DNA of 64,000 nucleotides from Betaproteobacteria bacterium (GTDB lineage: Bacteria; Pseudomonadota; Gammaproteobacteria; Burkholderiales; Ga0077523): NCBI GenBank assembly GCA_037141795.1, contig JBAXBV010000002.1:6588-70587 (forward strand), read 5' to 3'. This document shows positions 31,501-41,698 of the stretch, one piece after another. Made by a program: the position numbers and the translations under genes. The notes beneath the pieces are model-generated. The model made no database searches. It saw nothing but the letters and a program-made list of their open reading frames with translations, and had not been told where the DNA came from. Every line of letters starts with the position of its first letter. The stretch's first letter is position 1.

Positions 31501-32426
31501 TCCGCCTCCAATCTTGCAGCAGCGAAGCCGGCCCGCCCAAAATCATTACCGTTGTAGAAGACGTAGAGTTCGCCGTTCAACTCGATGGGAGTCGCATACA
31601 TGATGGCATCGGAATCGAAAGCGCCAGGCGTCACGGTCAGATTCAACTGGTCATCAAGACGACGCCAGTTTCGTCCGTCCCGAGATTCCGCATAGCCAAG
31701 ACGGTAAGCCCCGAAGGAACGCCTTCTTACCGAGTAGAACATTCGATAGTCGCCGTTTCGCTTCCGGATGACGCCCGGACGTCCGAATCCATGCTCGTCG
31801 GGATGGGAAACGGAAACCTGCACTTCACCGCACTGGGGCCATAGAATGCCGTCGGCGGACTCGGCATACCGAATGTCATAGACCGGCATGGACTTTCCAT
31901 CGATGACAGTCCAGTCGCTGCCAGCGACGTACCAAAGGCGCAACCGCGCCTCTTCGCGGACGCAACAGGGACCACAGCGAAAGAACAGTTCCGAGGCAGT
32001 ACGCTCCAGCACCGGCACTCTGGAGTAACGATGGAACGTCTCCCCGCCATCTTCGCTGATTGCAAGTCCGGTGAGCAGTCGATAGCGAATCTTCGTTCCC
32101 AACTCGAAGCCGACGTAGTACATGAACATCCGGCCGTTCCCCATGTCCGCAACGGAACAGGCCAGCACGCCATTTTCATCGAAGGTACCGGCTAGACCGA
32201 TGTCGAGCAACGGCCGGGGCGAGAAGCCAATGACCTCTAGGGGATCCCTCGCTGACACGTCGACATAACCCGGTCTCCCGATACCGGCGTCGTCACAAAA
32301 GGTGACGAACACCCTTACCACATCCTCGTTCAAGCGGAAGGGCGTGGGAATCATCGCATGCGTCCTGGCCCAGGGAAGCGATCCGTCCGGTCCAAAGACC
32401 AAGCCCAGCTTTCTCCATTGCATCAT
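31497..32426 (-). CDS. Five-bladed beta-propeller, glycoside-hydrolase-like protein
   Basis: WRKLGLVF, FDENG, repeated Asp-box-like A.S.DG..F/W motifs, YNGNDFG. Confidence 0.65.
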   Translation of the reverse strand: MMQWRKLGLVFGPDGSLPWARTHAMIPTPFRLNEDVVRVFVTFCDDAGIGRPGYVDVSARDPLEVIGFSPRPLLDIGLAGTFDENGVLACSVADMGNGRMFMYYVGFELGTKIRYRLLTGLAISEDGGETFHRYSRVPVLERTASELFFRCGPCCVREEARLRLWYVAGSDWTVIDGKSMPVYDIRYAESADGILWPQCGEVQVSVSHPDEHGFGRPGVIRKRNGDYRMFYSVRRRSFGAYRLGYAESRDGRNWRRLDDQLNLTVTPGAFDSDAIMYATPIELNGELYVFYNGNDFGRAGFAAARLEAE

Positions 32427-32511
32427 GGAAACCTCACATCCCCCAGTCGAGGTCGGTAGCAAGAATCGCAACCTGCTTGAGCCAGTCGAACCATTGAAGA
32501 CCTTCGAGCAG

Positions 32512-33198
32512 TCACCCCTTCACGCGAAAGAAAGCACGCGCCGAAATCTCCGCAGGCTTGCTTCGCTCCCGCTTGAACAACTGGTTGGCTTCCGTGTTCC
32601 GCGCGATCGTGACCCCAGGTCCAATCCAATTGTCTTCAGCAATCTCCACATTGTTGGCGACCGTTGCGTTTACCCCGACAAAGCTGTGCGCGCCAACGCT
32701 GCAGAATCCGGAAAGAACAACGTGCGATGCGAAGAAACAGTGGTTCCCTACCCTCGAATGATGGCCGATGTGATTACCACTCCAGAGGACAACGTTGTCG
32801 CCAATCTCGACGAACGGCTGGACCGTATTGTCCTCAAAGATGAAGCAATGCTCGCCCAGCTTGACGTTTTTCCAGACGAAGGCGTGACTGCTGACATAAC
32901 TTGCCGGCTTGTAACCCATGGCCTTCGCCGTCTCGAAGAGTCTGGCACGTAGCCGATTCAGCTGGGTGTACACCACCGCCGCATAGAAACAGTGATCCGC
33001 TGGGCAGAATCGGTCCGCCAGATCCTCGAGGGCAACCAGGGGCAAACCGCGGAGTTCCGAACGTTTCAGATACTCGCGCTCCACGCTGAACGCCACCACC
33101 TCATAGGGCGAATCATGCGTGAAGTATTCATGCGCGATTTCAGCGAATGCACTGTCTCCCAGAATAACCAGTCGATGTTTCTTGTCGGGTACGTTCAA
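32512..33198 (-). CDS. Hexapeptide-repeat sugar acetyltransferase (NeuD/PglD-like)
   Basis: N-terminal Rossmann-like ILGDSAFAE plus left-handed beta-helix IGDNVVLWSGNHIGHH; TTG start after GAGGAG. Confidence 0.85.
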   Translation of the reverse strand: MNVPDKKHRLVILGDSAFAEIAHEYFTHDSPYEVVAFSVEREYLKRSELRGLPLVALEDLADRFCPADHCFYAAVVYTQLNRLRARLFETAKAMGYKPASYVSSHAFVWKNVKLGEHCFIFEDNTVQPFVEIGDNVVLWSGNHIGHHSRVGNHCFFASHVVLSGFCSVGAHSFVGVNATVANNVEIAEDNWIGPGVTIARNTEANQLFKRERSKPAEISARAFFRVKG

Positions 33199-33208
33199 GG
33201 AATACTCC

Positions 33209-33961
33209 TCAAGGGCGAGTAATGAGCAGGTCCTCTCTCCGATTCGCCATGGGCAGAGTCGCGGGCTGGGGAAGGACGTACGCATGGAATCCCGCGGCAC
33301 GCGCACGCATCATGACCGACAGGACCACCGCATCATCGATCAAGTCGTCGGCAATCTCGTACGTTGAGACAAGAGGGGCATCCTGGGTCTGCATGAATCT
33401 CTTGTGGAAGGCGATCCCGGTCTCGCTCGAGAAAAATCGCTTTCTCATCGAGAGGTTGGGAATATCACCAATAAGACAGCTTCCGCCCGGAGCAAGAAGC
33501 GCAAACATGGAATCAACAAAGCGGAAGAATGCGACGTCCACAAGCGCGTAGTGCAACACGCTGTAGCAGATCACGGCGTCCACACGACCACGATAGGAAA
33601 CAAGTTCGGACATGCAGTCCGGGAATCTACCCGACACCTTGCGGATGGAGTCATGGGAGGGAAGGCGCCCGAGCATCTCCGCGCTATCGATGAGAACCAG
33701 TTCATTCCCGCGTCTGGCGCACTCGGCCATGATCGACTTGGGCACCTCACTGCACCCCGGCCCTATATCGAAGACGATCTTTCCACTTTCCAGAAGAACC
33801 GGGAGTTTCCCGAAAATGTCTCCCACGATCGCCTGATCAAAGCCGGCGCGATACGAGTCGGGGAAACCGATGCGCTCATGGTCGGACAGCGCGTCGTCCA
33901 GGGCGAGTTGCCGGAACGCCTCGAAGTTGAGCGCGCGGAACCTCTCGAGACCTCCAGCCAT
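33209..33961 (-). CDS. Class I SAM-dependent methyltransferase
   Basis: VFDIGPG, CYSVLHY, LAPGG.CLIGDIPN. Confidence 0.8.
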   Translation of the reverse strand: MAGGLERFRALNFEAFRQLALDDALSDHERIGFPDSYRAGFDQAIVGDIFGKLPVLLESGKIVFDIGPGCSEVPKSIMAECARRGNELVLIDSAEMLGRLPSHDSIRKVSGRFPDCMSELVSYRGRVDAVICYSVLHYALVDVAFFRFVDSMFALLAPGGSCLIGDIPNLSMRKRFFSSETGIAFHKRFMQTQDAPLVSTYEIADDLIDDAVVLSVMMRARAAGFHAYVLPQPATLPMANRREDLLITRP

Positions 33962-34314
33962 GTTCATCTCCAAATTGAAGGATGTGCAGCAAACCGACTT
34001 TCACCGGCCTCACCGCCCTCCTCCGGTGAACTGCTCTTCCATGCTCGCCCGACTCGAATTGGCAATCAATGAAGCTTTCCCGCAACGGTCAGTCCCCATG
34101 CAAGAGTCGCGTCAGGCGCGACCACCTCGCACGGGGAATGCAGCCTGGCGGAAGCCAATCTTGAATCCCGGGATCGTCGTTCCGGACTCAGGACGCAAGA
34201 TGCGCGGCTCTCCGGGAAAACCTCGAACACCGGGAGGTCACGTTTCGACGGGATTTCGATGTCCACTCCCAGGATCTAGCGCACGAGCCGCTCGCAGTCC
34301 GCCACGGACCGCTC

Positions 34315-35499
34315 TCAGAATAATGCGGCGCGCATCAGTTCCAGTTTCTTCAGAAATTCATAGGGCGACGCGCGACGTCGGTATTCGCGACCGAAATCCC
34401 GACAGCGCTCCCGATGACCATCCGGGTCACGGATCACTCGGTCGACGCGCTCCAGCAGATTTCCAGGATTTGCATTAAAGAACAACTCATCGTGTGGATC
34501 GGAGAATTCCTCGCGCGGCGGCCATGCAGATCCCATGAGAAAGCCGCTCCGGTTGGCGATGGCGCGCTGCGACCGATCGTGAAACGAATCGAAAGTCGGC
34601 CCGATATCCAGAATGCCGTAGTTGGAGAAATACTGAAAGTCGGAGTCGCTGGCGAGATGGGGCGCCAGGAACTCATGCTTGGGGTTTCCCAGTGCGGCGA
34701 AACGTTCCCAGCCCCTTCCGTAGACTTTCACGGGCACGTGACGAAGTTGGTCGATGACATGCTGGGCAAGCAGGTTACGGTAGAACTTGGTCATCATTCC
34801 ATGCAGACCGTTTCTGAGCGCCAGGTCATGCGTGTCTGGAAAGGCCGCCTTGATCCTGGTCATTCCCCCCTCGTCATCCAGCATGGCGTCAACGATGGCG
34901 TGATGATCGGTGACAGGGTCGGCAAGCATCGAGTCGGAAACAGCAGCGGCCGCGGAGAACAGAAACTCCTGGATGACGGGTGCGTGTGCCGTCTTCCAGT
35001 GCTCCATCGTGCTGAGGGCATCGTCCAGATTTTTCGGGAGGACCAGGAAATCTCCACTTCGTTCGCCCTGGGATGGCCGGTCCACAACCATCGGGGGATG
35101 AATGTATGTCGCCGGGCGTCGTCGAGGAATCATGGCATTGGCGTAGAGGCAGTAGGAGGCAGTCGTGTAGAGGTGCACGACATGGTCCGCGTCCGCCATG
35201 TTGAGCGCTGGCGTCTGAGAAGGATGATCTCCGTGAATGCAGAATAGCGGGACCCGGAAAAGATCCCAGAAGACAGCGGAGGAGCCGGAGGGGACAAAGT
35301 TCGAACCCAGGCCCTGCCAGGAAATGGCAAAGTCGATGCCTCCGCGAAGCGCGATTTCCAGAGAAGCGCCGAACGACGCGTCGAGCCTGATCAGAGTTAC
35401 CTTGCGACCTTGATTGGCCAGCTGACGCTGCAAGGTCCGATTGAAAACGGTGAACGGGTCGTTCTCACCGCCGGGCCAGGTTATGAGGACGATCTGCAT
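34315..35499 (-). CDS. Putative glycosyltransferase (CgeB/DUF3880-like GT-B)
   Basis: IHGDHP, VKVYGRGW, SFHDRS..AI motif typical of Glyco_trans_1_2 C-domains. Confidence 0.6.
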   Translation of the reverse strand: MQIVLITWPGGENDPFTVFNRTLQRQLANQGRKVTLIRLDASFGASLEIALRGGIDFAISWQGLGSNFVPSGSSAVFWDLFRVPLFCIHGDHPSQTPALNMADADHVVHLYTTASYCLYANAMIPRRRPATYIHPPMVVDRPSQGERSGDFLVLPKNLDDALSTMEHWKTAHAPVIQEFLFSAAAAVSDSMLADPVTDHHAIVDAMLDDEGGMTRIKAAFPDTHDLALRNGLHGMMTKFYRNLLAQHVIDQLRHVPVKVYGRGWERFAALGNPKHEFLAPHLASDSDFQYFSNYGILDIGPTFDSFHDRSQRAIANRSGFLMGSAWPPREEFSDPHDELFFNANPGNLLERVDRVIRDPDGHRERCRDFGREYRRRASPYEFLKKLELMRAALF

Positions 35500-35995
35500 C
35501 TTTTTCTCCCGGTAACGTCAGCCGCCAACACCGCTTCCGGCTTGCGCTCGCGGCAAGTCGCGCACGCACGCGACATCTGCATGCGGGGACTCTCGGGGGC
35601 GACGCGATCAGTCCGACAGTCGATGAGATGAATCAAACTCAACTCTTGAGTCAAACGCGGTAGCGGTTCTCGAACCCAACAATGCCGTACTGCACGGCCG
35701 GCGAATGATGCCTTCCGCCTGATTGGTGTTTTCAAAGACCCTATCGCATGGAGCAGCCTTCGACCGATTCAGCGCGATTACGGCGTCATCCGGACTCTCC
35801 GCGAAAAGCATCTTTGCAACTGCGAAGGGCACGCTACCATCTGGATCCCGCAAAGATCAAGCCTCGCAAAGTGCCTCGATATCCTGACGCTCCCGGAGTG
35901 TTTCCGGGTTTGCCGGACTCTCCTTCAGGAGACATGGCGTGATGGGGCCCATCTTCTCCAGCGCAGAGGACGACTCTTCACCCGGAAGTAGACAC

Positions 35996-36907
35996 CTAGA
36001 ATCTCCATAGGTAGGTCACGGTGATCTGATTGACCACGTATTCAACCGATGCCCAACCCGGGTACGCCACAGTCCGATCCGGCCTGGTCCGGATCCACCG
36101 CCATGAAATGTCAAACGCCTGCCGATCGGCAAAGGGCCAGTTGTAACCCAGCGTCGCGCCGACGGTTGCTGCGTCGAAACGGTACGCATAGCGGTTCGTG
36201 TCTGTGAACACGTCATCTCGAGTCCAGGACTTTGACAGCGCCAGCATCGCGGACGCCGGAGCACCAATGGATACGGCGTCACCCCGCCGATACTCCCCAG
36301 TCAGGTACAGCCGGTGACGATCGAATACCGAGTAGTCCAAATGAATTCTTCCGGACCAGTCACGGCCCTCGAAAACGGGGCTGGTTGCATGGCGTTGATC
36401 CACCTGAAACCCGGCCACGCCATCAACGCGGTCGGTCAGGGGCTGGTGAATCCACGTGCCGACCACCACCCGGTACCCATCCCGAAGGTCCGAACGATAG
36501 AGGTCAGCCCCGACTCGCGCAAATACAGACAGGGTCGGGGCCGCAAAAGCGCCTGACGGCCGGAACTGAAACGTCGCGGTCGCAGCACCACCCATTCGAT
36601 CAAGGCCATCGTAGATCCTGAACTTTTCCGCATCGATGTCCGCCGAAAAAACGAGGCGGGTTCGCGTGGACATGTTCACCGTTCCGGACCGGCCGACAGT
36701 GAGGCGACAATTCCAGTCCGAGAGGGAATCTCCGCTCCCGTTCCAGGACCGGTTCACATTGTCATCGTGGCGACAGTCGGCTTCCAGTCGCCCCCCGAAA
36801 CCCTGGGCCGAAACAACACAGGGCAGGCAGACCCCTGCCGCCGCGATACCGCACAGGGCGGCGCGCGCTGTGCCTGCGCGGAACGTGACGGCACGCTGCG
36901 TGCGCAT
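35996..36907 (-). CDS. Putative outer-membrane beta-barrel protein
   Basis: Signal peptide, HDDNV motif, alternating aromatic beta-strands, C-terminal YLWRF beta-signal. Confidence 0.7.
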   Translation of the reverse strand: MRTQRAVTFRAGTARAALCGIAAAGVCLPCVVSAQGFGGRLEADCRHDDNVNRSWNGSGDSLSDWNCRLTVGRSGTVNMSTRTRLVFSADIDAEKFRIYDGLDRMGGAATATFQFRPSGAFAAPTLSVFARVGADLYRSDLRDGYRVVVGTWIHQPLTDRVDGVAGFQVDQRHATSPVFEGRDWSGRIHLDYSVFDRHRLYLTGEYRRGDAVSIGAPASAMLALSKSWTRDDVFTDTNRYAYRFDAATVGATLGYNWPFADRQAFDISWRWIRTRPDRTVAYPGWASVEYVVNQITVTYLWRF

Positions 36908-36977
36908 CGCGAAACGCCTTGACCACACGCCGGCGCGAGGGCCGTTCCGCGCGACGCCGGCGGTGAACGGTCTACGC

Positions 36978-38015
36978 TCAGGTGCCTGCCGGCTGGGCCC
37001 GGGCCGGATCAGAAGACGGAGTGAACGCATCCGAATAGAACTCTTCCTGAGGCAGTCCGCCGAGCGCAATCAGATCGCGATGCGCAGCTTCCACCACGAC
37101 CGGCGCCCCGCACACGTACGCCTGGTAGCACGAAAGATCCGGCAAGTCCTCCAGAGCTGCGAGGTGCACGAATCCCGTCCGGCCAGTCCAATGATCCTCG
37201 GGTTCGGCATCCGAAACCACCGGGACAAAACTGAAGTTGGCGTGTTCCTGTTCCCAGTTGCGGGCCAGATCGCTGAAATAAAGGTCAGCCGGTCGGCGGC
37301 CTCCCCAGTAAAGGATCATCTCGCGCTTGATTCCGCGATGGAAGGCGTGCTCCACGATCGCCTTGATGGGTGCGAAACCAGTCCCGCTCGCGATGAACAC
37401 CATCGGTTTGTCGGAGTCCTCGCGCAGGAAGAACGTGCCGAGAGGGCCCTCAAACCGAAGAATATCCTTCTCCTTCATGGCATTGAAGACATACTCCGTG
37501 AAGGCACCGCCCTTCATGTTCCGCACGTGCAGTTCAATGTGTTCGTCATCGTGCGGCGGATTCGCCATCGAGTAAGCACGTCGTTTGCCGTCGCGCATGA
37601 TGATTTCGATGTACTGGCCCGCCAGGAACTGGAGCCTCTCGTTCGTCGGCAACTTGAGCTTGACGACAACCACATCCGCAGCCGGCCGGTCGATTGACTG
37701 TACGCGACAGGGGAGCTTTCTGACGGGAATCTCCCCCCCGCCCACTTCTCTCACATCGACAGTGAGGTCGGTCAGGGGTGTCGCGCAGCAGAAAAGCGCG
37801 AAACCCGCCTGCTTCTCTCCCTCGGTCAGCGTGTAGGGCTGGTGCTTGCCGAAGTCGACCCGTCCCTCGACAATCCTGCCCTTGCAGGAGCCGCAAGCTC
37901 CGTTTCGGCAACCATAGGGCAGGGTGTAGCCGGCAGCGAGAGCCCCCGCGAGCACGGAATCCCCCTCTGCGACCTCGAACCGATGACCTGACTTTTCAAT
38001 AGTGACTCTATACAT
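36978..38015 (-). CDS. 2Fe-2S ferredoxin-NAD(P)H flavin reductase (AscD/RfbI family)
   Basis: CRNGACGSC...CC, FLAGQY, RAYSMAN, ASGTGFAP, YVCG. Confidence 0.9.
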   Translation of the reverse strand: MYRVTIEKSGHRFEVAEGDSVLAGALAAGYTLPYGCRNGACGSCKGRIVEGRVDFGKHQPYTLTEGEKQAGFALFCCATPLTDLTVDVREVGGGEIPVRKLPCRVQSIDRPAADVVVVKLKLPTNERLQFLAGQYIEIIMRDGKRRAYSMANPPHDDEHIELHVRNMKGGAFTEYVFNAMKEKDILRFEGPLGTFFLREDSDKPMVFIASGTGFAPIKAIVEHAFHRGIKREMILYWGGRRPADLYFSDLARNWEQEHANFSFVPVVSDAEPEDHWTGRTGFVHLAALEDLPDLSCYQAYVCGAPVVVEAAHRDLIALGGLPQEEFYSDAFTPSSDPARAQPAGT

Positions 38016-38090
38016 GTCGTTACGCGGAAACACTCATGAAGAAAGAATGGCGACACCGTCTCCCGTGATGGCCCGCCGGAGACTGGCTCG

Positions 38091-38966
38091 ATGAGGAGGC
38101 TCTTGATCGTTGGCTGCGGGGACGTGGGCCGGCGGTTGCTCCCGCTCGTGTCACCTCGCTACAGGGTATTCATCCTTACCCGCTCGGATCGCCATCATGG
38201 CGTCCTTCGTTCCCTCGGGGCCACTCCCGTGACAGGAGACCTGGACCTGCCCGGATCCCTCCGTCGCCTGGCTGGGATCGCGCATGATGTCGTTCACATG
38301 GCGCCACCGCCTCCGGCAGGCGAGCGGGACCTGCGCACAGGCCACCTCATTCAAGCCCTTTCAAGGGGAGAAAGCGTACCACAGAGGTTCGTCTACATGA
38401 GCACCACCGGGGTCTATGGGGACTGTCAGGGAGAATGGGTTCCCGAGAGTCGGCCGCTGAACCCCGAGTCGGATCGAGCGGTGAGACGCGCTCATGCCGA
38501 GAGACAGGTCCGCCGTTGGGGGGGATCCTGCGGAGTCCGCGTGTCGATACTGCGCGTCCCCGGAATCTACGCTGCCGACCGACTTCCTCTGGAACGCCTG
38601 CGCAGCGGCATGCCAGTCCTGTCGCCATCGGATGATCCCTATACCAATCATGTCCACGCCGACGACCTCGCCAGGATCGTGGCAACGGCACTTGCCCGAG
38701 GCCGCGCTGGCCGTGCATACAATACGTCGGATCAGACTTGCCTCAGGATGGGAGAGTATTTCGACCTCGTGGCTTCCCAGTTAGGACTGCCCCGCCCACC
38801 GCGGCTTTCCCTGCTTGAAGCAGGAACCCGACTTCCTCCAGTCGTGCTGTCCTTCATGCGGGAATCCCGACGGCTCCGAAATGACCGTCTGCGCAAGGAA
38901 CTCCGATTCGTCTTCCGCTATCCCACGGTCAGTGATGGTCTGGCCGCCGCCATCGCGACAACCTGA
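38091..38966 (+). CDS. Atypical SDR / NAD-dependent epimerase family
   Basis: IVGCGDVG, YMSTTGVYGD, LRVPGIY, NHVHADDLA. Confidence 0.85.
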   Translation: MRRLLIVGCGDVGRRLLPLVSPRYRVFILTRSDRHHGVLRSLGATPVTGDLDLPGSLRRLAGIAHDVVHMAPPPPAGERDLRTGHLIQALSRGESVPQRFVYMSTTGVYGDCQGEWVPESRPLNPESDRAVRRAHAERQVRRWGGSCGVRVSILRVPGIYAADRLPLERLRSGMPVLSPSDDPYTNHVHADDLARIVATALARGRAGRAYNTSDQTCLRMGEYFDLVASQLGLPRPPRLSLLEAGTRLPPVVLSFMRESRRLRNDRLRKELRFVFRYPTVSDGLAAAIATT

Positions 38967-38986
38967 GGCTGCCTCCAGAGATGCCC

Positions 38987-39319
38987 ATGGCCGATGATGT
39001 GATCCTTGTATTCACCACGGTACCCGATGCCGCGACAGCCCGAAGAATTGCTGCAACGATTCTGGCAAACCGGGTGGCCGCGTGCGTCAACATGATGGCC
39101 CCGTGCACATCGATTTACCACTGGGAGGGCCAGCTGGAGGAATCCTCGGAGGTTCCGCTCCTCATCAAGTCCACGGGAAGATGTTACGCCGCGCTCGAAC
39201 AGATGATCTCGGCAGAGCATCCGTACCGGGTTCCCGAGATCGTCGCTGTCCCGATCCAGTCAGGGCTCGAGTCCTATCTCGACTGGATCGCATCTGAAGT
39301 GTCTCCGGGGGAGCAGTAG
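38987..39319 (+). CDS. cutA: Divalent-cation tolerance protein CutA
   Basis: AACVN, SIYHWEG, HPY.VPEI, YLDWI. Confidence 0.93.
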   Translation: MADDVILVFTTVPDAATARRIAATILANRVAACVNMMAPCTSIYHWEGQLEESSEVPLLIKSTGRCYAALEQMISAEHPYRVPEIVAVPIQSGLESYLDWIASEVSPGEQ

Positions 39320-39320
39320 C

Positions 39321-39902
39321 GTGAGGGCCCAGCGTCTCGACGGCCATCCCGGCGTTCCTGGTCTGATTCCAGCCCTCGCTCTCGGTCTTGCCCTCGCACT
39401 TCCCCAAAAGACACTGGGTGCAACAAATCCCGGGGCGCCACTGCTGGACGCGACTCGAGCGTTCAGGATCAGTGGCTGGATGGAACCAGGCCGCCTCGTG
39501 ATCCGTTACCGGATCGAGGGCGGTTACTATTTATACAAGAAAAAGGTGCGCCTGAGCGTGGAGCCTGTGTCCGCCCCCGCCGGTCCGGCGCGACTGCCTG
39601 CTGGCCGCCAGCAGAACGACGAGTTTTTCGGGCCTGTCGAGGTCTATCGCGACCGCGTCGATATCCCGATACCCCTCAAGGCTGGAAACGATCGACAGCG
39701 CATGACGGTCCGAGCCGTCTCGCAGGGCTGTGCGGATGCAGGCGTCTGCTACCCGCCCCGGGAGGAGATCCTGGTCCTGGTACCGGACGCGGGCGAAACA
39801 GGTGCACGCGCCGTGGAGCCCCCCAGTCGGTCCCTGCTCGAGCAACTGGGATTCGAACCGACGCCGCAAACCCGCTCCCCCCAATCTTCGGAAACTCGAT
39901 GA
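39321..39902 (+). CDS. Stand-alone DsbD N-terminal (alpha) domain protein
   Basis: Signal peptide, GYYLYK, DEFFG.VEVY, SQGCADAGVCYPP; ends without a TM domain. Confidence 0.78.
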   Translation: MRAQRLDGHPGVPGLIPALALGLALALPQKTLGATNPGAPLLDATRAFRISGWMEPGRLVIRYRIEGGYYLYKKKVRLSVEPVSAPAGPARLPAGRQQNDEFFGPVEVYRDRVDIPIPLKAGNDRQRMTVRAVSQGCADAGVCYPPREEILVLVPDAGETGARAVEPPSRSLLEQLGFEPTPQTRSPQSSETR

Positions 39903-40429
39903 ACAACTCCCGGAAAGTCTTCCTCGTGACTGCGGTGGGCTTGCTGGCGTTGGCTGGCGGCCTTCTTGTCCGCGAAATTGCCCAGAAACCATCCGCGCCA
40001 CCTCCCGAAACAGTTCCGTCGGCATTCGAAAAGCCGCTCGCCACGCTCAAGGGAGATAAGACCAGTCTGGCCCGTTGGAAGGGAAAGGTACTGGTCGTCA
40101 ATTTCTGGGCGACCTGGTGCGGACCATGCCGAAAGGAGATACCAGACTTCGTGCGGCTGCAACAGTCACTCGGGGATCAGGGATTGCAGTTTGTCGGCAT
40201 TGCGATCGACGAGGCGGACAAGGTGGAGGCATACGTCCGGGAAGTCGGAATCAATTACCCCATCCTGATTGGTGAACTGGACGCGGTTGAACTTGCACGA
40301 ACGCTCGGGAACGAACTGGGGGCACTTCCCTATACGGTGGTATTCGATCGTTCAGGGCGAGTTGCCGCGGTCGAACTCGGGGGAACGAATGAAGCGAGGC
40401 TCAGACCGGTCCTTGCAAAGCTTCTCTGA
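39899..40429 (+). CDS. TlpA/ResA-like thiol:disulfide oxidoreductase
   Basis: N-terminal TM, VNFWATWCGPC, LPYT. Confidence 0.9.
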   Translation: MNNSRKVFLVTAVGLLALAGGLLVREIAQKPSAPPPETVPSAFEKPLATLKGDKTSLARWKGKVLVVNFWATWCGPCRKEIPDFVRLQQSLGDQGLQFVGIAIDEADKVEAYVREVGINYPILIGELDAVELARTLGNELGALPYTVVFDRSGRVAAVELGGTNEARLRPVLAKLL

Positions 40430-40697
40430 TGGAAGCCATGACGGATTTCATCAAGATCGGCGATAGCGGGCCGGGATTGCGGCAAGAAACTGCAATTGTG
40501 CCGATCCTGCAGGTTGCTCCGAGACGCCTCTGGCGACTGGGGAATCAAGCTGTGCAAATACCTGCCCACAGGATTCCCTAAATCCTGAACGCATCCTATT
40601 TCACACCCTTTACTGGACAAAATTACTCGAACTGCGGCAAACTCTGACGAATGCGGAGTGTTCGAAGAATAACGCGTCCGGTGTCAGGGGGTCGTGA

Positions 40698-41135
40698 ATG
40701 ACGCGCCGAGTGTTGGTGGTTCACGGTCCGAATCTCAATCTTCTGGGTCGCCGTGAACCGCAGACCTATGGGGCCACTACTCTGGATGAGATCAACGCCC
40801 GGTTGAGGCTGAGAGCCGCGGATGCGGGGGCCGAGATCGATATCCTCCAGAGTAATTCCGAATCGGTTCTCATTGAGCGGATTCAGAAACTTCTAGATGA
40901 CCCCTTCGATTTTCTTGTCATCAACCCAGCCGCATTCACACATACAAGCATAGCCCTGCGGGACGCCATTGCGGCAACGCGCATCCCATTCGTTGAAGTG
41001 CACCTGTCCAATGTCTTCTCCAGGGAGCCCTTCAGGCATCACTCGTATTTCACGGACATCGCCGCGGGAATGATCTGCGGGCTCGGCCCGAGAGGGTACG
41101 ACGCCGCACTTGATTACGCCCTTTCGCGTTTCTGA
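40698..41135 (+). CDS. aroQ: Type II 3-dehydroquinate dehydratase
   Basis: [36 protein letters not shown]. Confidence 0.96.
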   Translation: MTRRVLVVHGPNLNLLGRREPQTYGATTLDEINARLRLRAADAGAEIDILQSNSESVLIERIQKLLDDPFDFLVINPAAFTHTSIALRDAIAATRIPFVEVHLSNVFSREPFRHHSYFTDIAAGMICGLGPRGYDAALDYALSRF

Positions 41136-41147
41136 AAAGGACTCGTC

Positions 41148-41636
41148 ATGGATCTGCGCAAGGTCAAGGCCCTGATCGATCTGGTAGAGAAATCGGGCAT
41201 CTCGGAACTCGAGATCACCGAAGGTGAGGAGAAAGTCAGGATTTCCCGAGCGGTTCTCGCCATGCCACAACCCGTGGCCGCGCCGTTGCAACCTGTGATT
41301 GGGTTCGCCGGCGTGCCGCTGGCGGCACGGGATCCCGATGCCGGAAGGGAACCCCCGGAGACCGAACCTGCCCGGTCGGAAGCGGCGACCGGCCAGACCG
41401 ACGGGCACGTGGTCAAGTCACCGATGGTGGGGACTTTCTACCGATCCGCCTCACCAGGAAGCAAACCCTTCGTCGAGGTGGGGCAGACCGTGTCCGAGGG
41501 AGACACGCTCTGCATCATCGAAGCGATGAAACTGTTGAATGAGATCGAGTCCGACGTCTCCGGGGTCGTGAAGGCGATCCTCGTGGAGAACGGCCAACCC
41601 GTCGAATACGGCGAGCCGCTGGCCATCATCGGCTGA
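41148..41636 (+). CDS. accB: Biotin carboxyl carrier protein
   Basis: [14 protein letters not shown]. Confidence 0.96.
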   Translation: MDLRKVKALIDLVEKSGISELEITEGEEKVRISRAVLAMPQPVAAPLQPVIGFAGVPLAARDPDAGREPPETEPARSEAATGQTDGHVVKSPMVGTFYRSASPGSKPFVEVGQTVSEGDTLCIIEAMKLLNEIESDVSGVVKAILVENGQPVEYGEPLAIIG

Positions 41637-41698
41637 AAACGCGTGGCCTCCCCGCCCAGGTTCCACGTGCCCGATACACGCCCAACGGCCGGATAACC

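Noticed and set aside
35608-35853. 81-aa minus-strand ORF between the GT and the barrel
   Set aside because: TTG start, no clear RBS, no recognisable family.
35880-35920. Minus-strand GGCAAACCCGGAAAC resembling a c-di-GMP-I riboswitch start
   Set aside because: No GNRA-capped P1 and no downstream GACGCAAA or second-stem motif.
36978-38966. AscD-like reductase and epimerase as part of the sugar island
   Set aside because: This divergent pair is, to my knowledge, a common betaproteobacterial housekeeping arrangement, and no AscC/E1 partner is present.
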